Below the pieces are notes generated by a model. That model was not told where the DNA came from and ran no database searches. It was given only the letters and a program-made list of their open reading frames with translations. A DNA stretch of 64,000 bases from Macrostomum hystrix (taxonomy: Eukaryota; Animalia; Platyhelminthes), in contig CATNEN010000008.1 in NCBI GenBank assembly GCA_950097015.1, forward strand, positions 3,472,001 to 3,536,000, read 5' to 3'. Made by a program: the position numbers and the translations under genes. Positions 19,988-33,200 of the stretch are shown piece by piece (the first letter of the stretch is position 1; every line of letters begins with the position of its first letter).

Positions 19988-20676
19988 TGTGGTGCCGGTG
20001 TCTCTGGCCTTGTGGTTTTGTTAGGCCTTCCTCACCCAGCGCCGTCTTGGCTCAGAGTGCCCGGTGCCGCCATCTGATTGGCTGGGCGCGGGCATTGTGT
20101 GCCTATCCTACCCCAGCCCTGCGTGGCTTTGCCCTCACGCCAATCAGCTCTGCGTAGCTTTGCCCGTCCACCCGTCCAGCGCGTACAACCCTACCCCCCA
20201 GCGCGCTGTAGGCTTTGTTTGTGCTCCGCCCCTGTCTGCCCCCTTGTCAGCCCTTAAGGTATCGTTTTCTGCCCGGGCCAAGGCTACCTCTCTCCCCCTT
20301 GCGAACTTTAAAAGATCGTGCCGTAAAGACGGTCTCTTACGGCGAAGGCTCAATTTATTGCATAGCGAAGTGATTATTGAATAGTGATTCCGAGTGCATG
20401 GTTTATTAAAGTGCAAAAATTGCCGACAAATACATTCAGCGTCATCCTGCCATCCTATCGTGCGTCCCGACCGGTAAGCACTGTATTTGTGTCTGTCCTT
20501 TCGGGGTGCCAGGTCCGCACGGAGTACTGTAATAATCTTAGAAGTACTGTGTGAGCGTCCTAACGCCACCAGTCCCTGACTGCAACAGAGCGTCCTAACG
20601 CCTGATTCAGTGATCGATAATATTTTACTTAATAGGGCTGTGGGCCGGGGATCTCAAACCGACCACTGTCACTACA
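19988..20676 (+). repeat. 3' LTR, copy 1
   Basis: Appears identical to the 5' LTR except for one clustered patch at 20053-20063. Confidence 0.97.
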
Positions 20677-23613
20677 GAATATAGGATTGGGGGCGGATGA
20701 ATATAGGATTGGGGCGGATGAATCTAGGACTCGGGGGGCGGACGAATCTAGGATTGGGGGGCGGATGAATCTAGGATTAGAGGCGTATGAATCTAGGATT
20801 GGGGGCGGAGGAATCTAGGATTAGAGGCGTATAAATCTAGGACTGTGGGGGGCGGATGAATCTAGGATTTAGGGGCGGATGAATCTAGGATTGGGGGGCC
20901 GGATAAATCTATTATTTTAGGGCGGATGAATTTAGGATTGGGGGCGAATGAATCTAGGATTGGGGGGGGGCGGATGAATCTAGGATTGGGGGCGGATGAA
21001 TTTAGGATTGGGAGGGCGGATGAATCTAGGATTGGGAGGGCGGATAAATCTATTATTTTAGGGCGGATGAATTTAGGATTGGGGGCGGATGAATTTAGGA
21101 TTGGGGGTGGATGAATCTAGGACTGGAGGCGGATGAATCTAGGATTGGGAGGGCGGATAAATCTATTATTTTAGGGCGGATGAATCTAGGATTGGGGGCG
21201 GATGAATCTAGGATTGGGGTCCGATGAATCTAGGATTGAGGGCGGATGAATGTAGGATTGGGGGGCGGATGAATATAGGATTGGGGGGGCGGATAAATCT
21301 ATTATTTTAGGGCGTATGAATCTAGGATTGGGGGGCGGATGAATCTAGGATTGGGAGGGCAGATAAATCTATTATTTTAGGGTGGATGAATTTAGGATTG
21401 GGGGTGGATGAATCTGGACTGGAGGCGGATGAATCTAGGATTGGGGGGCGGATAAATCTATTATTTTAGGGCGTATGAATCTAGGATTGGGGGGCGGATG
21501 AATCTAGGATTGGGAGGGCGGATAAATCTATTATTTTAGGGTGGATGAATTTAGGATTGGGGGTGGATGAATCTAGGACTGGAGGCGGATGAATCTAGGA
21601 TTGGGGGGCGGATAAATCTATTATTTTAGGGCGGATGAATCTAGGATTGGGGGCGGATGAATCTAGGATTGGGGTCGGATGAATCTAGGATTGAGGGCGG
21701 ATGAATCTAGGATTGGGGGGCGGATGAATATAGGATTGGGGGGCGGATAAATCTATTATTTTAGGGCGGATGAATCTAGGATTGGGGGCGGATGAATCTA
21801 GGATTGGGAGGGCGGATAAATCTATTATTTTAGGGTGGATGAATTTAGGATTGGGGGTGGATGAATCTAGGACTGGGGGGCGGATGAATTTAGGATTGGG
21901 GGCGGATGAATCTAGGACTGGGGGGCGGATGAATCTAGGATTGGGGGGGCGGATAAATCTATTATTTTAGGGCGGATGAATGTAGGATTGGGGGCGGATG
22001 AATCTAGGATTGGGGGGCGGATGAATCTAGGATTGGGGGGACGGATGAATCTAGGATTGGGGTCGGATGAATCTAGGATTGAGGGCGGATGAATCTAGGA
22101 TTGAGGGCGGATGAATCTAGGATTGGGGGGCGGATGAATCTAGGTTTGGGGGGGGGCGGATAAATCTAGGATCGAAGGACAGTTCAGGGCCAAAATCTAG
22201 GCGATCTCCTAGTCGCTGACTCAGTTCACAAACGCACCGTCGAGTTGGAATCCGGTGGGAACCCTCCGTCCCATCGGCCAGGTGCTGACGAATGACGCCG
22301 GAGTGCCACTGACAACCGAGGAGCGCCTCACGGAGCTGGTCGCTGTGCTCCGCAGGGCCTGCCAACTGGCTGGTCGCGACCTGTCTGTGCGGCTGGCCGA
22401 CCGGCTGGCATTCCGTTGCCATGGCAACAGCAAGCCGGCCTGCCAGGTGGATGTAAGGCAGGCAGATGCTGGCGGCGGTGGTCCCAGACTAACAAAAAGT
22501 CCAGCCGGAGCTGGGGTTCTGCAGCTGCAGCTCTGACACAGTCTGACGTTCGGACAAATATATTGAATTGAACAATTGAATTTAAATTCGCACCAACAAT
22601 TATAACACAATGAGATTTATTTTTTTTCTGATAATGAAAGATATACATTTTACGCTCATGGTTTTTCGAGTATCTACTGAAAGTAATACTGATATTTTTA
22701 AACAAACTTGTTCAAATCGTCAAATCTAACAACGGATTCTAACCCAATTCGAATTTTTTAATGTCATAAGGCTGAGACGTTTGTGCATTATATAGCACAG
22801 CACCCAGTACTGTACGGCTAAATCATGTATTGTCTGTGTTAAGGCATAGCTATACTATACATAAAAAGTTCCATCATGCCGTTAAGTGCTTTCTAAAAAT
22901 TCCTTTAACAGTTTTTTAATATTTCGCGCAAGTTTAAAACGGCATTTTTGTTAGTCCAGCGAAATAATATAATATGCTATAGTTGATGTTCAATAACTGC
23001 TGGCTATTTTTGTAAGCTAATAAGCGGTTCATTTTCATCATTGATTATTATTGAAATCGAGTTTTATTAAACACTTTTTTAAACAATGCGAGAACCTTAT
23101 TACGCGTACAGAATTAATTATAACAAAAACAAAAAATATATTTTTTAGTCTACGTTCGTTGATTGGGCGCTGTCGCGTGTTTGCTACTACTTTTATATAT
23201 CGGATACTTTTTAAAGACGTATTGGCAGAACATTGACTTGATTGACTTGATTTTTTATATTTTTGTCATTGAATTGCTGACTGTTTATTTTCCAGTTAGT
23301 TAGGCGAACAACAGTTGAACAATGCTTGTTAAAAATGCGACTGAACTTAAAGTGAAACAAGTTGATTTGATAAGCGGACAATGCAATGAGCAACGTTCAC
23401 CAGTCATTCAGCCATCACCCACCAGTCATTCAGGCATCACCCATCAGTCATTCAGGCATCACCCATCAGTCATTCAGGCATCACCCATCAGTCATTCAGG
23501 CATCACCCATCAGTCATTCAGGCATCACCCATCAGTCATTCAGGCATCACCCATCAGTCATTCAGGCATCACCCATCAGTCATTCAGCCATCACGCACCA
23601 GTCATTCAGGTCA

Positions 23614-23812
23614 TCAGTCTGCCCTAGTCGCCTCGGCGCCGCCTGTCTTCAGCTGCTGTCGCCGCATTCGCCGGAACTGCTTGGGGTCGATGCCCAGCTC
23701 CAGCAGTCGCTGCTCGCTGATCTGCAGCCTGTCATCGGATTTGGACTTCGGCTTCGACTTGTTCAGCTTCTTAGACTTCAGCTTGGCCTTGCGGAGGTCA
23801 GGCGTTGCGTCC
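23614..23812 (-). pseudogene. KRI1: Duplicated 3' fragment of the KRI1 last exon (unit 2)
   Basis: Same as 7340-7538. Confidence 0.9.
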
Positions 23813-26800
23813 TTCAGGAAGCATTTCCATAAATGGAAACAAAAACCAAAAAACTCTTTTGCGCAGCTTCGCTTTAAGCGAAATTGCCTTGGAATAAAAC
23901 AAATAGTTTTAATTCTTTGGAGGCTCATTGCCAGCATGAAATGATTCACTAACAGCAAAGCCGCTGGTTCAACTTCGTCTCTCGCTACAAATAGATTTTC
24001 CATCGAAACATTTCTTACGAACCAGAAACCTAAAAAAGCATGTCTGTGAACCAGTAAATGAACGAAGCTGTTACCTTTGAACACTGAAATAAACCAACTT
24101 TATATCCGTAAACCCAAAAAAACTTAACCGTATTCTGTAAACCCCTAAAAAAAATATAGATAAAAAAATATACCAACACCATGTCCATAAACCCAAAATA
24201 AACTGATTGTATGCCCATATTGTTATGTCCATAAACCCCAAGCAAGCCAGGCTCATGTCCATAAACCCCAAGCAAGCCAGGCTCATGTCCATAAACCCCA
24301 AGCAAGCCAGGCTTATGTCCATAAACCCCAAGCAAGCCAGGCTCATGTCCATAAACCCCAAGCAAGCCAGGCTCATGTCCATAAACCCCAAGCAAGCCCC
24401 GGCTTATGTCCATAAACCCCAAGCAAGCCAGGCTTATGTCCATAAACCCCAAGCAAGTCAGGCTTATGTCCATAAACCCCAAGCAAGCCCAGGCTTATGT
24501 CCATAAACCGCCAAGTCAGCCCCGGCTCTCCACCCAATCCGCAGCACTGACCGGCAGCTGTCCTCGCAGTGGCCGGAGGGTGCAGAATCAGCCAATCGGG
24601 TTCAGAAGCGGCCCCCCTCAGCAGGTCTGCTGTTCAAGCAGAGCATCCAGGCTCTGGTGCAGCGGCTGGCAGGAATGCGGCCTCACTATGTCCGCTGCCT
24701 GAAGCCGAACAGTTCCAAGCAGTCCGGCATATTCGATAGTCGCCTAGTGGAACACCAGGCCCGCTACCTCAACCTGCTGGAGAGTGCCCGGGTGCGCAGG
24801 GCGGGGTTCGCGATGCGCCTGCCCTACCAGTACTTCCTGCAGAGATACAAGCTGTGCGACTCGCCCGCCGTGTGGCCGAACCCGCCGCCCGGCATGCCGC
24901 TCAGAGATGCCGCCCGAAGCATCCTGGCCAGGCTGCAGTTGGACAGTGCAGATCGGGTTCGATACGGCCTCACCAAACTGTTTGTGCGCCATGCTAGGAC
25001 CGTGTTCGCTCTGGAGCAGGCCCGGGTTCGAGCCCTGCCTGCTGTGGTCACCGTCATTCAGAAGGTATTAGAAACTGGCGAGATGAAAGGAGCGGGGAGA
25101 TGGAGATGAAGGGAGGGTGAGATGAAGGGACTGGCGAGAAGAAGGGACGGGGAGATAAATGGACGGGGAGATAAAGGGACGGGGAGATAAAGGGACCCGG
25201 AGATGAAGGGACGGGGATATGAAGGGACGGGGAGATAAAGGGACCGGGAGATGAAGGGACGGGGAGATGAAGGGAGGGTGAGATGAAGAGCCGGGGAGAT
25301 GAAGGGACGGGGAGATGAAGGGACGGGGAGATGAAGGGTCGGGGAGAAGAAGGGACGGGGAGATGAAGGGACGGGGAGATGAAGAGACGGGGAGATGAAG
25401 TGAGGGTGAGATGAAGGGACGGGGAGATAAAGGGACCCGGAGATGAAGGGACGGGGAGATGAAAGGGCGGGGAGATTAAGTGACGGGGAGATGAAGAGAC
25501 GGGGAGATGAAGGGAGGGTGAGATGAAGGGAGGGTGAGATGAAGGGACGTGGAGATGAAGGGAGGGTGAGATAAAGGGACGGGGAGATGAAAGGGCGGGG
25601 AGATTAAGGGACGGGGAGATGAAGAGACGGTCAGATGAAGGGACGGGGAGAGGAAGAGACGGGGAGATGAAGGGAGGGTGAGATGAAGGGACGGGGAGAT
25701 GAAGGGACGTGGAGATGAAGGGAGGGGGAGATGAAGGGAGGGGGAGATGAAGGGAGGGGGAGATAAAGATGAAATAGGAAGACAATGATTACAATAAATA
25801 GTCATGGAGATTTTACATTTATTTAAGCAAGAGATACTTATACAGAATCCTAATTTTGTTTAAAGCAATTATATCATTTTTTATTCTTGGTTGCTTCTTT
25901 AGCGCATTCGCTCACACAAAAGGCCTCATATTTATATTTGAGCATTTAGTCAGCTGTTGCTCACCTCTCAGACGGCTGTTGTCCATTTGGAATGCCGGTT
26001 CAGCCACACCGTCACAAAAATAGCCTTGTCTAGTCATCTGTCTATTCGCATTGGGCCTGAATTGTAAACAGGCTTGTCATCTAAGCAGTTCAATAATTCG
26101 CGCTTCTCTACTCATGCCAGTAGTGCGATTAGCATTTAACTCAAAGAGAAACGAGCAGATATTTTTTTTCCAGTGAAATAGTAATTAATATGCGCACGTT
26201 ACTACTCACTAAAAGCAACTAAAAAAATACGCCACCGCCCGCCCGTGCGTTGTTCTAGCACTATAGAGGCCGGCTTGGCAGGATCTACTTCGCCAAGTAC
26301 AGGCTGGCCGTTTGGATTCAGGCTGTAAGTAAATTCAACTCGAAGACCAAGACAGCAGATTCTTGTGCTGAAACTGCACCGTTGCTGCTGTCCGTTGATT
26401 TTTATGCCTCTCCAAGAACTGGTCTAACACCTTATTGCTTGGCTCGGTTGAATTGCACAACGGCTACCTCTGAGCCTATTTTTGTCTGCTTGTTTTGCAG
26501 CTGGTTGCTTTTAGCTGGGCACCAATTTGTAGATTTATTAGAAATCTGCCAAATTTCTTATCAACTTGTCTGTTTGTCCGGTTTTAACACATCTTCATCT
26601 ACTTCTCTTTAATATGATCTATTCCGCCTTCATTTCACCCCTTTCCGTCTTGATCTCACCCCTTTCCGCTTTAATCTCACCCCTTTCCGCTTTTATCTCA
26701 CCCTTTCCGCTTTTATCTCACCCTTTCCGCCTTGATCTCACCTCTTTCTGCCTTAATCTCACCCCTTTCTACCTTAATCTCACCCCTTTCCGCCTTGATC

Positions 26801-29342
26801 TCACCCCTTTTCACCTTGATCTCATCCCTTTCCGCCTTGATCTCACCCCTTTTCACCTTGATCTCACCCCTTTCCGCCTTGATCTCACCCCTTTTCACCT
26901 TGATCTCACCCCTTTCCGCCTTCATCTCATATCTTTCCGCCTTCATCTCATATCTTTCCGCCTTCATCTCATATCTTTCCGCCTTGATCTCACCCCTTTT
27001 CACCTTGATCTCACCCCTTTCCGCCTTCATCTCATATCTTTCCGCCTTCATCTCATATCTTTCCGCCTTCATCTCATATCTTTCCGCCTTCATCTCATAT
27101 CTTTCCGCCTTCATCTCATATCTTTCCGCCTTCATCTCATATCTTTCCGCCTTCATCTCATATCTTTCGGCCTTCATCTCATATCTTTCCGCCTTCATCT
27201 CATATCTTTCCGCCTTCATCTCATATCTTTCCGCCTTCATCTCATATCTTTCCGCCTTCATCTCACCCTTTCTCATAGTGATTCAAAATAATTTAAAGCA
27301 CTTAGATCATTACATGATTAGCCATTGCAGACAGCAAAGTAGCACTTGTTGTTGTCCTCTTTTAGTTTTTAATCCAACTTGAGCTGAATCTGGCTAAAGT
27401 GTGAATCTTTGTGCAATAATCTTCAGTTTTGAGTGAGTGCATGTGACCCTTTTCACGAGATTTTATACGAGAGTAGCTCGTTGTTTTAATTTTTTTAAAT
27501 CCGTGCGATAAAAGCAAAAAGTTACAATATTTGTAATTCTGCAGTTAAAAAATAATCTATTGTTCAAGCATGTTTATACTAGTTTAGTAATTAATAATTA
27601 ATGAGGAGTCCGTCCCGTTTAAATTCTGTGGAGACTGAAGATTCCTTGCGTCCTACTATAAGTAGCGCTATTCGGTGATAATTATTTTAACTGAAAAAAG
27701 AAAAAATACTTTTTTGCCCTACTGTCAGTAGTGCATCGCGGAAATCATTACCTCTTTTTATTCCCAGCGAGTGCGCGGCCTCCTAGCCAGAATTCGCTAT
27801 CAACGCCTGCGCGCCGCCTGGACCATCGCCGTGCGCTATCGCCGCTACCGGATTAGAGCCCACATTCTTCGCGTCTGCGCCGCCTTCGCCGGAGTTGGCC
27901 AGCGTCGCGATCTCGGTCGCGGCGTCGAATGGCCTCGTGGGGAGCCTCCGGCCCTGGCCGGCCTGCTGGCCCAGCTGCGCCGGGTCCAAAACCGCTGGCG
28001 AGCCGAGCGCATGCTGGCCTCGATTCCCAGGCACGAGAGGCCGGAATTCCGGCTCAAACTGGCCAGCTGCGAGCTGCTGCTTGGCACCGACCGGCTGAGG
28101 GCCGGCCTGCCGCGCCGTTGGCTCGGCGAGTACCAGCTGCCCAGGCCGAGGGCGGCTGCCAAGATGCCGGGCCAGCTGCTGTTCTCCCACCCGGTTCTGA
28201 AGGCCGAGCGCGGCGGCGGCTTCAAGTTGACCCGGCGGTGCCTCCTCATCAGCGGCCTGGGCGTTGCCAAGGCGGATCAGAACGGCGCCGCCCTGATTGG
28301 CCCAGTGCGCCAGTTGTCCGGCCTGGCCTGGGTGTCCCTGACTCGGCTGGCCACCGATCCCACCGTCTGCCTGGCGTTCGATGGCCGCGGCTCCGGTGGC
28401 GACCTTCTCATGGTGAGATTCAGTGGCATTGGGGGCGGATAAATCTAGGATTTGAGGGCGGATGAATCTAGGATTTGAGGGCGGATGAATTGTGGTGCCG
28501 GTGTCTCTGGCCTTGTGGTTTTGTTAGGCCTTCCTCACCCAGCGCCGTCTTGGCTGCCCGGTGCCCAGTGCCGCCATCTGATTGGCTGGGCGCGGGCATT
28601 GTGTGCCTATCCTACCCCAGCCCTGCGTGGCTTTGCCCTCACGCCAATCAGCTCTGCGTAGCTTTGCCCGTCCACCCGTCCAGCGCGTACAACCCTACCC
28701 CCCAGCGCGCTGTAGGCTTTGTTTGTGCTCCGCCCCTGTCTGCCCCCTTGTCAGCCCTTAAGGTATCGTTTTCTGCCCGGGCCAAGGCTACCTCTCTCCC
28801 CCTTGCGAACTTTAAAAGATCGTGCCGTAAAGACGGTCTCTTACGGCGAAGGCTCAATTTATTGCATAGCGAAGTGATTATTGAATAGTGATTCCGAGTG
28901 CATGGTTTATTAAAGTGCAAAAATTGCCGACAAATACATTCAGCGTCATCCTGCCATCCTATCGTGCGTCCCGACCGGTAAGCACTGTATTTGTGTCTGT
29001 CCTTTCGGGGTGCCAGGTCCGCACGGAGTACTGTAATAATCTTAGAAGTACTGTGTGAGCGTCCTAACGCCACCAGTCCCTGACTGCAACAGAGCGTCCT
29101 AACGCCTGATTCAGTGATCGATAATATTTTACTTAATAGGGCTGTGGGCCGGGGATCTCAAACCGACCACTGTCACTACAAATTGGCGCCCGAACGGGGA
29201 CACGGTCCCTCATTACCGATAGCAACTATTTGTCTCAGCGAGCATCAAGCGGCCTCATTCAGCATCAACTGGGTCAACGAGAGTGCCAGCTATTGTTCTC
29301 TGTCTAGACTCACCTACGCCTAGCCTGACAGAACTTTAAGTC

Positions 29343-30251
29343 ATGGGAGATCAAGCCATGGACGATCTGATCAACGCGCTGGCCACGCGCCTTAGGGCCA
29401 ACGCGGAACGCACAGCGCCGAGAATTCCGAAGCCGCCCAAGTACGTCCCATCGATGAACTTCAACTTGTGGCTGCAAAATTTCAACGAGTACTGCGGGAT
29501 GGTCGACATTGAAGAAGGAGACCGAAGGCCACACCTAATCAGCCTCCTTGATCTCACAACGGCATACGCCGCAGTAGACAAATTGGACCTCCCGGACGAT
29601 CTTGAATACGGAGAATTTACGGCGAGGCTCGTAGCCCGATTCACCATGAACAGGACGGTGCAGGACTACCGCTTCGAGCTTTCGAACCGTGACCAGCTAG
29701 ATAAAGAGGCTGTCGAAACCTACGGAGACGAGCTGTTGGAGCTGGCCCGCAACGCCTTCCCCACTGCAGACGCAGACACTAGGACCGAGCTGGCAAAGGA
29801 CAGATTCTTGAAGGGTGTCCGAGTGTCCGACACCGTGCGAGAGAGGCTCTACCTGCAACAGCCGACCGACCTCGCGGAGGCCATTCGGACAGTACGACAG
29901 CTGGAGGCCGCGCAGAGGGCATCTTCAGCACAGTCTAGAACGAGACCCAGAGCCGGACTGAATGTTCTGGCTGCAGAGACACCGGCCACCGCTCTGGACA
30001 AAGAAGAGGAGCTGCGCCTGCTGCGTCAGCAGGTGAAGACAATGGAGGAGAAAATACAACGCATGGAAAGAAACCAGGCGCAGTCAACTCAAGCGGCACG
30101 ACCAGAGGCGCGAGTAAACCAGACCGGCCCTTCGAATCCAAAACAACGCAACGGCGTCACGTGCTACCGTTGCGGCGAGGTCGGACACCTGTCGTTCCAG
30201 TGCCAGAATTCGGGAAAAGACAGGAGGGGCCCACGTCCTGGAGGCAACTGA
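29343..30251 (+). CDS. gag: Gag, copy 2
   Basis: Translation identical to copy 1. Confidence 0.93.
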   Translation: MGDQAMDDLINALATRLRANAERTAPRIPKPPKYVPSMNFNLWLQNFNEYCGMVDIEEGDRRPHLISLLDLTTAYAAVDKLDLPDDLEYGEFTARLVARFTMNRTVQDYRFELSNRDQLDKEAVETYGDELLELARNAFPTADADTRTELAKDRFLKGVRVSDTVRERLYLQQPTDLAEAIRTVRQLEAAQRASSAQSRTRPRAGLNVLAAETPATALDKEEELRLLRQQVKTMEEKIQRMERNQAQSTQAARPEARVNQTGPSNPKQRNGVTCYRCGEVGHLSFQCQNSGKDRRGPRPGGN

Positions 30252-33200
30252 GCCCCTGCTATTCGCCAGCCTCAAACCAGCATCATCAGCAACCCCAGCC
30301 TCACATTCAGCATCATCAGCAACCCCAGCCTCACATTCAGCATCATCAGCAAGCACTGCCTGGCAACCAGCATCATCAGCAAGCACTGCCTGGCAACCAG
30401 CATCATCAGCAAGCACTGCCTGGCAATCAGCAACATCAGCAAGCACTGCCTGGCAACCAGCATCATCAGCAAGCACTGCCTGGCAACCAGCATCATCAGC
30501 AACCCCAGCCTCACATTCAGCATCATCAGCAAGCACTGCCTGGCAACCAGCATCATCAGCAAGCACTGCCTGGCAATCAGCATCATCAGCAACCCCAGCC
30601 AGGCATCCAGCATCATCATCAACCCCAGCCTGGCAACCAGCAGCATCAGCAACCACAGCCTGGCACCCAGCGTCATCGCAGATCGAGGCGCAAGAAGACA
30701 AAAGCGGGGCTGTCTACACCGCTAAGGCAACCATCGAGCCCACCTATTCAGATCAATCCGGTATCAATTTTTGTCACCATTAATGTAGCCGGAAAGAAGC
30801 TAGACGCTTTAGTGGACTCTGGAGCATCGTGCTCTATCATGTCCACGGAGACCTACGAAAGCTTGCCGAACTCTAGAATCCAAGTCCTGGCAGGAGCAGA
30901 AGGTCATGTCAGCTTGGCAAACGGGAGTCCGATCTCTATCGAGAAGACAGTACAGTTGCCTGTGGCCATAGCTGGAAAACTCATCAGCACACCGGTACTG
31001 GTGGTCAGTGGAATCAAATACCAGCTGGTCCTAGGATCGGACTTCTGTAGGGACAACAGCTGTGTCATCGACTACCAGCATGCAGCGTTTAGAGTGGGCG
31101 AAAGCTCCATCCCGATCCGATGGCAGGCAGAACGACCGCTAGTGTGCAGGATCCTGTCACAAAGGTCACGAACTCTAAAACCAGGTCAGCAGATCGTCCT
31201 CCCTGGAAGGCTCGAAAGGAAAGGCCAGCGAAATAGCGGCTGTCTTGGCATCACCGAGAACCTGAGTCAGCTCAACCTCGAGTCCGGACGCTGCCTGGCC
31301 AAGGCTCTCGTAATACCATCAGAAAAAGCGCTGGTGCCGGCGAGACTCGTTAATCTAACAGAGGAGCCAGTACGAATTAGGAGAGGTAGCACGCTGGGTT
31401 GGTTCTGCCCACTTGAAGTCGCGGAACCGTTTAACACAGTCGAGCTACTTGCCATGGAATCTGATCCGTCTCGAAGTGCGGGTCTCAGCAAAGGCGATCC
31501 AAACGAACTAGAAATTTCGGAGCTGCTGCCCAACTCCTATGGGTCCTGTGGGCTGACCAGTGATGAAAACTCTGCCTTTCAAGATCTAATCTGGAAATAC
31601 CGAGACGTGTTTGCGACCAAGCAGTCCGCGCCAAAAGTCACCACAGTGGTACAGCACGGAATTGACACGACGAACGCGCGGCCCATCAAGATTCCACCGC
31701 GCCGATTGCCGCCGCACCTCCAGCCAGAAGTGGACCACCAAATTGACGAGCTGCTGGAAAAAGGCCAAATAGAAGTGGCACAGTCGCCTTGGTGCTCGCC
31801 ACTCGTTTGCGTCCGTAAGAAGAGCGGAGAAATGAGGATGTGTGTGGATTATCGCAAGCTTAACGATGTCACCGTCAAAGACGCAGTGCCTATGCCGAGA
31901 GTCGACGATGCATTGGAGGCCCTTCATGGGGCACAGATCTTCTCGACTATGGACCTGCACAGTGGGTTTTGGCAGGTCGGCATGTCTCCGAAGGACAAGG
32001 ACAAGACAGCTTTTTCAGTGCCACACCGGGGACAATTCCGATGGAAAGTCATGCCGTTTGGCTTGGTGAACAGCCCGGCGACCTTTACCAGGTTGATGGC
32101 AGCGGTGTTGGACAAGCAGATGTGGAGAACTTGTTTGGTCTACATTGACGACCTGCTAGTGTGGTCTGCCGACGTCGCGGAACATCTGCGTCGATTGGAG
32201 GAAATCTTTGAAAAGCTTCAACTGGCTAATCTTAGCTTGAAGCCACAAAAATGCCACTTTCTGCAAAAAGAAGTTGAGTTCCTGGGGCACAAGGTCTCCG
32301 CCACAGGTATCAGCACGGAAGAGTCCAAAGTCCAGGAAGTGAGAGACTGGCCAACGCCAAAGAACCTGTCGGAGCTGCAGTCTTTCTTAGGGTTGTGTGG
32401 CTACTACCGGAGATTCATCAGAAATTTTTCCGAGATCGCCGCACCATTGACTCTGTTGACAACTAAAGGCGCAAAGTTCCGATGGGAGGAGGAGCAGGAG
32501 ACTGCCTTCGAAGCATTAAAACAGAATTTGACGAGCTCTGAAGTCATGGCACATCCGGACTTTTCGCCTACGGCTGGTGAGTTCGTGCTCGACACCGATG
32601 GAAGCTCAAAGGTTGGAATCGGGGCCGTACTCTCGCAAGTCCAGACCGATGGTTCGGAGCGAGTGATCGCGTATGCCTCAAAGTCGCTGAATCAAGCAGA
32701 GCGCAATTACTGCACGACACGATTAGAGCTGCTGGCAGTGGTGACGTTCGTTGCCAAGTTCAAATACTACCTTCTCGGCAAAGAATTCTGCCTGCGCACT
32801 GACCACAGCAGCCTCCAGTGGCTAAAGAACTTCAAGGATGCTGAGGGACAGGTGGCACGTTGGCTGGAGAAGCTGGCACCGTTCCAGTACAGGATCGTCC
32901 ACCGGCCAGGTCGAGCCCACGTCAATGCGGATGCAATGTCCCGAAAGCCGGTTGTAAGAAAGCATTTTGGCGCCGACTCATGCCCTGTCTGTGCAAGTGG
33001 GTATAGCAACAGGATCAACAGCATCGAACTGCGAGGCTTTTCAGCAGCAGATCTCAAGCGCGAACAGGATGAGGACGGTGACCTACGGGCTGTCAAGAAT
33101 GCACTGATCCTTATTACTCAGTCGCCAAATGCGGGAGAGATCGACACCACGGCCTGGAGTCCACTGGCAAGAGGAATTTGGGCGCGACGAGATGATTTGC

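Larger units (their letters stand above)
12827..20676 (+). mobile_element. Full-length Ty3/Gypsy LTR retrotransposon, copy 1 (7850 bp)
   Basis: TG...CA LTRs of 690 and 689 bp; GAAT TSD at 12823-12826 and 20677-20680; PBS, PPT, gag, and pol in PR-RT-RH-IN order. Confidence 0.98.
8849..22536 (+). pseudogene. MYO1D: 5'-truncated duplicate of myosin I exons A-D (unit 2), reading frames and splice sites intact
   Basis: Exons at 8849-9368, 10595-10660, 12104-12748 and 22282-22536; the LTR element sits in intron C-D. Expression unknown. Confidence 0.85.
7539..23812. repeat. Tandem segmental duplication unit 2 (with LTR retrotransposon)
   Basis: Near-identical exons, introns and satellites to unit 1, plus a 7850-bp insertion. 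Confidence 0.95.

Noticed and set aside
23614-24084. 156-aa chimeric ORF across the duplication junction
   Set aside because: The N-terminal half is antisense myosin intron; the frame is broken at the unit 1/2 junction by homopolymer differences, and no promoter is evident.
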